From Opitutales bacterium (GTDB lineage: Bacteria > Verrucomicrobiota > Verrucomicrobiia > Opitutales > Oceanipulchritudinaceae), in the NCBI GenBank assembly GCA_049451775.1, contig JBMTVW010000001.1, positions 178,234 to 210,233 of the forward strand: DNA of 32,000 nucleotides, read 5' to 3'. Position 1 is the stretch's first letter, and the number at the start of each line of letters is the position of its first letter. This document shows positions 26,004 to 32,000 of this stretch, in pieces. Under the pieces are notes generated by a model that was not told the DNA's origin, ran no database searches, and was given only the letters and a program-made list of their open reading frames with translations. The position numbers and the translations under genes were made by a program.

Positions 26004-26108
26004 GCCGGCATGATGCACGGGTGGTGTTTGAATCCGCAACGGCAAAAAACCCCCGATTATGGGATGTTTGGTTTGCCAATCGCGTCCTGCGGCCATCCAA
26101 TTACGCTC

Positions 26109-26819
26109 ATGGTCGCCGAATGGTTGCAAAAGCTCCTGATTCTCCAGGATCGCGATTCCATATGTGATGGGATCCAGTCCCAACTTGAGGACATTCCCCG
26201 GCAGATTTCCGCCGAGGAGTCCAACATCCGCCAGTTGGGCGAGCAATTGTCGCAGGCGGAGGAGGCAGTCAAGCTGCTGGAGGTCAAGCGGCTGGACCTC
26301 GATGGCCAGGTCGATCAGACCGAGGCCACCATCGTGAAGTACAAGACCCAGCAGATGCAGGTTAAGAAGAACGAGGAATACACGGCCCTCGATAATGAGA
26401 TCAAGGCCCTGCAGGATAAAGTCTCCGCCCTGGAGGACGACGAGTTGCTCCTGATGGAGGAAATTGACGAGGCCAAGGCGGCACTGGAGACCACCCGGGA
26501 GTCAATCGCCAACCAGAAGGCCACGCTGGAGGCGCATATCGTCGTACTGAAGAAAAACCATGCCGCCAGCGAATCGGAACTGGGTAACGCGAGGGCGGCC
26601 CTGGCTGAATGCGAGACCAAGGTCGACGACTCGTTGCTGGAGCAATACCGCTACGTCAAGAGCCAGATGAAGCGACCCCCGGTGGTGGTTCCCCTTGAGG
26701 ACAGTCGCTGCCAGGGCTGCCATCTGAAGGTGTCGGGTGAAGTCGAGTCGGTGGCCCGTCGGGGCAAGGAACTGGCCCGCTGCGACAGCTGTGGCCGGAT
26801 TCTCTATTTTGACCGTTGA
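26109..26819 (+). CDS. Coiled-coil protein with C-terminal C4 zinc ribbon (COG1579/DUF164-like)
   Basis: 236 aa with about 190 aa of heptad-rich, Glu/Lys/Leu-rich sequence, then CQGCHLKV...X...CDSCGRILYF (CxxC-N20-CxxC). The start is at ATG 26109 (MVAEWLQKLLILQDRD...). The upstream part of the 314-aa track ORF overlaps dinG and is rejected. Confidence 0.8.
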   Translation: MVAEWLQKLLILQDRDSICDGIQSQLEDIPRQISAEESNIRQLGEQLSQAEEAVKLLEVKRLDLDGQVDQTEATIVKYKTQQMQVKKNEEYTALDNEIKALQDKVSALEDDELLLMEEIDEAKAALETTRESIANQKATLEAHIVVLKKNHAASESELGNARAALAECETKVDDSLLEQYRYVKSQMKRPPVVVPLEDSRCQGCHLKVSGEVESVARRGKELARCDSCGRILYFDR

Positions 26820-26873
26820 GCTATTTGATAATAGGGGTTGCCAGAGCGGTTTTTGGTGGCATCTTTTCTTAAT

Positions 26874-27250
26874 ACCGGTTGGCGGGCTCCCGCTGTCCCG
26901 TTTCGGCGGGGTAGAGGAAAGTCCGGACACCATAGGGCAGGATTCCCCGTGAAAACGGGGGCACGCGGGGCGCGAGGCCCGCGTGACGGCTAGTGCCACA
27001 GAAAACAAACCGTCCCGCGCAAGCGGGATAAGGGTGAAAAGGTGAGGTAAGAGCTCACCGCCCGGAGGGCAACCGAAGGGGCACGGTAAACCCAATCTGG
27101 TGCAAGACTAAATAGGGGATCAGGGCGGCCCGTCTGATGATCCCGGGTAAGTCGCACCCCCGTTTTCGGGGGATTCCGCTTCGGCGGGATAGATAAATGG
27201 GAGCCACCCCGATTCGTCGGGGAACAGAATCCGGCTTACCGCCAACCGGT
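26874..27250 (+). ncRNA. rnpB: RNase P RNA, bacterial type A
   Basis: The P1 helix is ACCGGTTGGCGG (26874-26885) pairing with CCGCCAACCGGT (27239-27250). Universally conserved blocks are present: GAGGAAAGTCCGGAC (P4 5' strand), ACAGAAAACAAACCG, GGGTGAAAAGGTGAGGTAAGAGCTCACC, GGTAAACCC, and ACAGAATCCGGCTTA (P4 3' strand). P2 is GCTCCC/GGGAGC. The length is ~377 nt. A T6 tract follows 2 nt after P1. Confidence 0.95.
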
Positions 27251-27258
27251 CCTTTTTT

Positions 27259-28569
27259 CTACAAGTCCTTGAAGAAGATCTGCGAATTGCGCCCGCTGTT
27301 CTGATGGACATCGCGCAGCACCTTGGGCAGCACGGCCGACTGGCCGAGTTTGAACCCGCAGGTGTCCCTGAAAAAGGCGGAGGTCTGGGTGGTCAGGGCA
27401 ACTATCCGGCTTTTGCCAGCGGTGATGGCCCCTTCCACGGCGAACTCCGCCATGGCCTTCCCGATATGGCGTCCCTGGTAGGCGGGGTGGACGTAGACCG
27501 ATCCCAGTTCGACGGTGCGGGAACGGGGGAAAGAAGTCACCCGGAAGCAGCCGATGATGCTCTCGTCGATCTCGTAAACGAAATAATCGTTGATGTCGGT
27601 GTCGATGCTTTGGCGCGACCGGGGTCGCAGGCTCTGTTCCCGGACGGCACTTTTGGTCAGGCTGAAAATGGCCCCGACGTCCTTGCGCCGGGCGGGGCGG
27701 ATCTGGGAATAAGGATTGGAATGGATCATGGAACCGATCCCCACCTTGGAGAAAACCTCGGTCAGCAACCCGTCATGAATCCGGCAATCAATAATATGGG
27801 CACGGGGCGTGCCGCCCTCGATCGTCTTGACCGCGTATTCGGCCTTGGAGCGCACCGCTTCATCAATGGTCGCGGGATTGCGCTCGAGCATTTTCCTGAC
27901 TTCGGCGACATCGGCGTTGAGCCGGAGCTTGCCCTTGTAGGTCAGTCCCGGATAGGGGAGGAGGTAGATCAGTTTGGAGGCCTTGAGTTCGATGGCTATC
28001 GAGGAGGCCAACTGGTCGGAGTTGATGCGCCGTTCCGACCCGTCCCGGGTAAAGGCAATTGGACTGATGACAGGAACCAGTTCCTGTTCCATGAGCTGTG
28101 CCAGGAGGCCATGGTCTATTTTGTCGACCTTGCCGGTGAAGAGCTGGTTGGCCCCGTTGATAATTCCCTTGTCGGTGGCCCGGATGGCATTGACCCGGAC
28201 ACACTTGAGCCCCTGCTGGGTCAGGCCGCGCTCAATATTGTGCCCCACTTTACTGGCCGCTTCAATGGCCAGTTCGAGGGTGGCGTAGTCGGTGGGTCCG
28301 TATCCCCGGGCGTCCGACACCCGGATGTGGCGATCGGCGGCCAGTTGCAACACCTGTGCCCCGACACCATAGACAACGATCAGCCGGATGCCCAGGTTGC
28401 GGAGAACCGCCAGCTCGAGCATAAGGTTATTGATGGTCTCTTCCTCAATGACAGAACCGTCCAAGGCGATCACGAAGATATGGTTCCTCCACAAGGGAAC
28501 ATACTTCAAGATGCCGCGTAAATCTGCGGGAGAGAGCTCCCGGTCGTTTTCCCGCCCGTCGAGTTTCAT
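27259..28569 (-). CDS. argA: Amino-acid N-acetyltransferase (N-acetylglutamate synthase), AAK + GNAT two-domain type
   Basis: The N-terminal amino-acid-kinase fold has FVIALDG..., LGIRLIVVYG and VPVISPIA. The C-terminal GNAT has VHPAYQGRHIGKAM (acetyl-CoA Q/RxxGxG/A motif). The start is probably ATG 28569; TTG 28605 is an alternative. Confidence 0.88.
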   Translation of the reverse strand: MKLDGRENDRELSPADLRGILKYVPLWRNHIFVIALDGSVIEEETINNLMLELAVLRNLGIRLIVVYGVGAQVLQLAADRHIRVSDARGYGPTDYATLELAIEAASKVGHNIERGLTQQGLKCVRVNAIRATDKGIINGANQLFTGKVDKIDHGLLAQLMEQELVPVISPIAFTRDGSERRINSDQLASSIAIELKASKLIYLLPYPGLTYKGKLRLNADVAEVRKMLERNPATIDEAVRSKAEYAVKTIEGGTPRAHIIDCRIHDGLLTEVFSKVGIGSMIHSNPYSQIRPARRKDVGAIFSLTKSAVREQSLRPRSRQSIDTDINDYFVYEIDESIIGCFRVTSFPRSRTVELGSVYVHPAYQGRHIGKAMAEFAVEGAITAGKSRIVALTTQTSAFFRDTCGFKLGQSAVLPKVLRDVHQNSGRNSQIFFKDL

Positions 28570-28668
28570 GAACGAGAGAAAACACCATCCGTTCACAGCT
28601 TTCAAGGCAAACCGACGTCCGGTCAGCAGGTCCTAAATGCGTTGCCTGAGAAGTGGGTTATCTCTTCA

Positions 28669-29640
28669 ATGGGCCCCATGACCCTGAAAAAGAAGCGTCG
28701 TTGGAGTGAATCGATCGATACAGCGATCGACAGTCTGCCTCCCGGGCTAGCTGACGGGCTGGACGCATTCGGAGTCTTTATCGAGCTGGAGAAGGGGCAT
28801 TCGGTGCACACCGTTGAGGGCTATCAGCGGGACCTCTGCCAGTGGGCCGGTTTCCTTTCCACCCATCGGGGCAAGGTGTCGTGGGACACGGTCGCGGGGG
28901 AAGATGTCTCACCATGGCTGGAGTCGCTCACGGATGCCGACTACAGCGCCTCCTCACTGGCCCGCAAACTGAGCGCCCTCAAGCACTGTGCCCGCTTCCT
29001 GCTGGCGGAAAAAATAATCCGCTCGGATTTTACTGAACTGATCAGCGCGCCCAAGCTGGCTCGCCGGTTGCCGGACACGCTGACCCCTGAGGAAGTGGAT
29101 GCGCTTTTGGACGCGCCCAGCCGCCATTCGGCCCAAGGGCTCCGCGACCGGGCGTTCCTTGAGCTGATGTACAGCAGTGGCCTGCGGGTTTCCGAGCTGT
29201 GCAATCTGTCCCTGCAGGACATTGACCTTGATGAGGGCTTCCTGCGGGTGCAGGCCGGCAAGCGGGGAAAGGATAGGCTCATTCCGGTCGGACAGAAGGC
29301 CTTGGAGGCAATTTCCAAGTACCTGCACAACGGGCGTCCGCAACTGGTCCGGCCAAAGACCGGGAGCGACCTTTTTATCAGTAACCGCGGGTCCGCCATT
29401 TCACGCAAGACGGTTTGGCACTGGATCAAGCAGTACGCCGAGAGGGCAAAGGTCAACAAGCCGGTCAAACCGCACCTGCTGAGGCACTCATTCGCCACCC
29501 ACTTGCTCAGCAACGGGGCCGACCTGAGGGCGATTCAGGAAATGCTCGGGCACTCCGACATCGGGACGACGGAGATCTACACCCGGGTCGACCAGAAACG
29601 GCTGGTCGACGCACATGCCCGTTTCCATCCGAGGAAGTAG
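28669..29640 (+). CDS. xerD: Tyrosine site-specific recombinase XerD
   Basis: End-to-end XerD-like pattern: N-terminal SAM-like domain (LEKGHSVHTVEGYQRDL, SSLARKLSALKHCARFL), catalytic R (GLRVSEL), K, HxxR (HLLRHSFATHLL), GHSDIGTTEIYTRV (H/W + Tyr nucleophile), and a terminal HPRK. The start is uncertain (ATG 28669, ATG 28678 or TTG 28642). Confidence 0.9.
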   Translation: MGPMTLKKKRRWSESIDTAIDSLPPGLADGLDAFGVFIELEKGHSVHTVEGYQRDLCQWAGFLSTHRGKVSWDTVAGEDVSPWLESLTDADYSASSLARKLSALKHCARFLLAEKIIRSDFTELISAPKLARRLPDTLTPEEVDALLDAPSRHSAQGLRDRAFLELMYSSGLRVSELCNLSLQDIDLDEGFLRVQAGKRGKDRLIPVGQKALEAISKYLHNGRPQLVRPKTGSDLFISNRGSAISRKTVWHWIKQYAERAKVNKPVKPHLLRHSFATHLLSNGADLRAIQEMLGHSDIGTTEIYTRVDQKRLVDAHARFHPRK

Positions 29641-29641
29641 G

Positions 29642-30529
29642 CTAGAGGCGTCCGGCCTCCCGCAGGCGCTTGATGACCTCCAGGGCCATGCCACTGCGGT
29701 TCATGATGTAGAGGTGAAAACCCATGATGCCGTGATCCATCAGGTCGGCGATCTGGCGGTACATCCAGTCGACCCCCACCTTGCGGACTGCTTCATCCGA
29801 ATCCCCGGCGGCCTCGAGGGCAGCTTCCAGCTCCTGCGGGATGTGCTGGCAGAAACGGCGGGCCTGTTTAGCCGAACGGATCGGCATCAGGCCGGGAATG
29901 ATGGGGACCCGGATTCCGGCGCCCCGGCACCGTTCCACGAAAGCGAGGAAGTTGGCATTATCGTAGAATAGCTGGGTGGTGATAAAGGAGGCCCCCGCGT
30001 CCACCTTCTCCTTGAGGTGCCGCAGGTCCGCTTCGGCTGAAGCGGCCTCCGGGTGTACTTCCGGGTAACCGGCCACCCCGATGCTGAAACCGGCAAAATT
30101 CTCCCTGATCAGCTGAACCAGGTCGCGGGCGAAGGGCAATCCGTCGGGGTGGGGAATGAAAGTCTCCTCCCCGCTGGGCGGGTCCCCGCGCAGGGCCATG
30201 ATGTTGCAAAATCCGGCTTGCCGGTAGCCCTCGATGATCTCCAGGAGTTCCTCCCGGCTGGAGCCAACGCAGGTCAGGTGGGGCATGACTTCAAATCCGT
30301 ATTCGTCCTTGAGGAGGCCCGCATACCGGTAGGTCCGTTCACGGGTTGATCCGCCCGCGCCGTAGGTGATGGAGACAAAGTCCGGGTGCAGGTGTTCCCG
30401 GATCTCCTTCGCTGCCTGGATAATCTGCTCGCCCCCGCGGTCATCTTTCGGAGGGAAGAATTCCACTGAGACGATCGGCCGGCCCTGGGCAAAGAGTTCT
30501 CCAATTGGACGATTTTTATGCATCATCAA
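29642..30529 (-). CDS. metF: 5,10-methylenetetrahydrofolate reductase
   Basis: VSVEFFPPK, FVSITYGAGGSTRERT, PHLTCVG, ALRGDPP, GYPEVHPEA, KVDAGA and TQLFYD. This is collinear with E. coli MetF motifs. Confidence 0.93.
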   Translation of the reverse strand: MMMHKNRPIGELFAQGRPIVSVEFFPPKDDRGGEQIIQAAKEIREHLHPDFVSITYGAGGSTRERTYRYAGLLKDEYGFEVMPHLTCVGSSREELLEIIEGYRQAGFCNIMALRGDPPSGEETFIPHPDGLPFARDLVQLIRENFAGFSIGVAGYPEVHPEAASAEADLRHLKEKVDAGASFITTQLFYDNANFLAFVERCRGAGIRVPIIPGLMPIRSAKQARRFCQHIPQELEAALEAAGDSDEAVRKVGVDWMYRQIADLMDHGIMGFHLYIMNRSGMALEVIKRLREAGRL

Positions 30530-30565
30530 ATCAAGATGGGATGATGGATCGTTTGTAAAGCCAAT

Positions 30566-31660
30566 TTATTCCTCCATTCTCAGCCGGAGCTGTCCGCAGG
30601 CGGCATCGATATCGTGCCCTTTTTCCTTGCGGACGGTATGGGAGACCCTCGCCTTCTTCAGCACGGCGGAAAAAGCCTGTTGGCGTTTGATGTTGGGGCG
30701 TTTCCACGGCAGGCCCTCGACCCGGTTGTAGGGGATGAGATTGACATGGGCATGCAGGGAGTTAGCGATCTCGGCCAACCGGTTGGCCTGGTCGAAGGAG
30801 TCGTTGACATCCTCGATGAGGATAAACTCTAGCGTAAGCATGCGGCCGCGGCTCTTTGAGAAGTCGGCAACGGCGGGAATGAGCTCTTCCAGCGGGTAGC
30901 GCCGATTGATCGGCATGATTTTCTCCCGGACCTCGTTGGTGGCCCCGTGCAGGCTGAGGGCGAGGCGAAACTGGATGGGCTCCCGGGCCAGCTTGCGGAT
31001 TTGCGGAACTAGTCCCGAGGTTGAAATAGTGATCCGGCGGGCCCCGAACTGAAGGCCCCAGTCCGCGTTGAGGGTCCGGATCGCCGTGACCACGTTGTCG
31101 TAATTGGCAAGGGGCTCCCCCATGCCCATGAAAACGATGTTGTCGAAGGGAACATTGTCGCCGGGGCGACCGGATTGGCGTTGGTCCTCCAGTCGGGAAA
31201 CATGGATAAACTGGGAGACAATCTCGGCCGCGGTCAGGTCCCTTTTCCATCCGGCCAGCCCGGAGGCACAGAACTTGCAACCATAGGCGCAACCAACCTG
31301 CGAGGAGACACAGATTGTCTTGCGGGAGGTTTCAGACCCGACCCCGCGCTGCGGGTAGCGGATCAGGACGGTTTCCACCATTGAGCCATCCTCCCCCTGC
31401 AGGAGAAGTTTCTCGGTGATGTCACTGGCTTTCTTCGAGAGGATAAGCCGATTGGGGGCCAGGCAGGAGTTTTCCTCCAGCCAGGCCCGCATTTCCTTTG
31501 GGATATTGAGCATCTCCGGAAACGCCTCGATCCGTTTCCGATACATCCATTCCAGAAGCTGCCTGGACCTGAATTCCGGGAACCCGCCCTCCTTGAGGAA
31601 GTCGGCGAGGGCCTCCGGGGACAGTCCATAAAGAGACGGCTTTGAGGGCGTGAAGCGCAT
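30566..31660 (-). CDS. rlmN: Radical SAM 23S rRNA/tRNA (adenine-C2)-methyltransferase RlmN
   Basis: FRSRQLLEWMY N-terminal motif, the radical-SAM cluster CVSSQVGCAYGCKFCASG, GMGEPLAN, and a C-terminal DIDAACGQL with the conserved Cys. The start is probably ATG 31660; TTG 31678 is an alternative. Confidence 0.93.
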   Translation of the reverse strand: MRFTPSKPSLYGLSPEALADFLKEGGFPEFRSRQLLEWMYRKRIEAFPEMLNIPKEMRAWLEENSCLAPNRLILSKKASDITEKLLLQGEDGSMVETVLIRYPQRGVGSETSRKTICVSSQVGCAYGCKFCASGLAGWKRDLTAAEIVSQFIHVSRLEDQRQSGRPGDNVPFDNIVFMGMGEPLANYDNVVTAIRTLNADWGLQFGARRITISTSGLVPQIRKLAREPIQFRLALSLHGATNEVREKIMPINRRYPLEELIPAVADFSKSRGRMLTLEFILIEDVNDSFDQANRLAEIANSLHAHVNLIPYNRVEGLPWKRPNIKRQQAFSAVLKKARVSHTVRKEKGHDIDAACGQLRLRMEE

Positions 31661-31757
31661 GATGTGTGACTCAAACAACTATTCCCGAAGATGCAACCGA
31701 TAGGAATGGGAAAAGGGGCCTTGATTTGCAGGGGGCATCTGGTCATTTTCGGCAGCC

Positions 31758-32000
31758 ATGAAACGCCGACGCTCGCTGGCCTTGGTGGCCCTGATCCTCC
31801 TTGTGACGATGATCCTTGAAATGGCCGGGGCCGGATTCCGGGCCATCTGGCCTAGCGTGGCCGCCTTGCTGCTGGTCTTCACCGTGAGGAACGTGCTCCT
31901 GGGGCTTCTCGGGGGTGCCCTAGTCGGTTCTCTCCTGCTGTCCGGGGGACGGATTTGGGAAGTGCCGGTCAGTCTGGTCGGGGATCATCTGCTGCCGAAT
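31758..32000 (+). CDS. Integral membrane protein, 5' fragment (possibly an NhaC-type antiporter family; runs off the window)
   Basis: The frame is open from ATG 31758 to the window edge (81 codons, not in the ORF track because no stop is reached). MKRRRSLALVALILLVTMIL... then WPSVAALLLVFTVRNVLLGLLGGALVGSLLL resembles the N-terminal helices of NhaC-like transporters. The family call is weak. Confidence 0.5.
   Translation, partial: MKRRRSLALVALILLVTMILEMAGAGFRAIWPSVAALLLVFTVRNVLLGLLGGALVGSLLLSGGRIWEVPVSLVGDHLLPN

Noticed and set aside
25875-26246. Mutually overlapping 5' extensions of the zinc-ribbon ORF (from 25875) and the dinG ORF (to 26246)
   Set aside because: The two extensions overlap each other on opposite strands. 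The extended parts lack family features and have lower GC3 by my count. Internal ATGs at 26109 and 26003 give family-typical N-termini.
26502-27311. ORFs of 197 aa (-), 71 aa (+) and 63 aa (-) covering 26.5-27.3 kb
   Set aside because: The region from 26874 to 27250 is unambiguously RNase P RNA (all conserved P4, P15 and P18 sequence blocks, with P1/P2 pairing). The ORFs are artefacts across a structured RNA gene and the neighbouring gene ends.
28669-29640. The tyrosine recombinase as the integrase of a mobile element inserted near the rnpB RNA gene
   Set aside because: The sequence is collinear with chromosomal XerD over its full length, including the characteristic C-terminal HPRK. Its neighbours (argA, metF, rlmN) are core metabolic or rRNA-modification genes packed with gaps of 1-100 bp. 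I saw no direct repeats of the rnpB 3' end, phage genes or compositional shift.
30530-30565. Possible SAM/SAH-type riboswitch ahead of metF
   Set aside because: The metF upstream spacer is 36 nt, directly after the rlmN stop on the same strand. There is no room for a structured leader.
1-32000. CRISPR arrays, tandem or interspersed repeats, IS elements, tRNA/rRNA genes
   Set aside because: Reading through the window, I found no regularly spaced repeats, no transposase-like ORFs and no tRNA-like cloverleaf candidates in the short intergenic regions. The only internal repetition noticed is the diverged triple LysM module. An exhaustive repeat search was not possible by eye.

Overview
This is a densely coding window of roughly 60% GC with no rRNA, tRNA, CRISPR array, transposase or phage-like genes that I can see. 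The first ~16.7 kb is a single, tightly translationally coupled division/cell-wall (dcw) cluster on the + strand: mraZ (3' fragment), rsmH, ftsL-like, ftsI, murE, murF, mraY, murD, a LysM lipoprotein, ftsW, murG, ddl, ftsQ, ftsA and ftsZ. Stop and start codons overlap at most junctions (ATGA, TGATG, GTGA, TAATG). A TonB-dependent receptor follows ftsZ. Next is a minus-strand trio (acyl-CoA thioesterase, 3'-5' exonuclease, EamA transporter), then an SNF2-family helicase. A minus-strand DinG/XPD-like helicase and PP2C phosphatase pair comes next, then a coiled-coil C4 zinc-ribbon protein directly followed by a canonical type-A RNase P RNA (rnpB). The window ends with argA, xerD, metF, rlmN and the 5' end of a membrane protein. 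I do not recognise any known defence or mobile system. The most unusual items are all inside or next to the dcw cluster. (1) A catalytic-domain-free triple-LysM lipoprotein is embedded between murD and ftsW. (2) The FtsZ has non-canonical T3 and T7 loop residues. (3) The MurD lacks the usual DSKATN lysine. (4) murC and murB are absent from the cluster. (5) A 209-bp mraZ-rsmH spacer carries a coding-like 71-codon ORF. Secondary items are a strongly SD-led 22-codon uORF overlapping the SNF2 start, a cysteine-less SWIM-like module in that SNF2 protein, and the zinc-ribbon gene / rnpB / argA packing. The divergent FtsZ and MurD hint at a PVC (Verrucomicrobia-like) origin, but that is inference only. 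All homology calls are by-eye motif recognition from the supplied translations; no searches were run.
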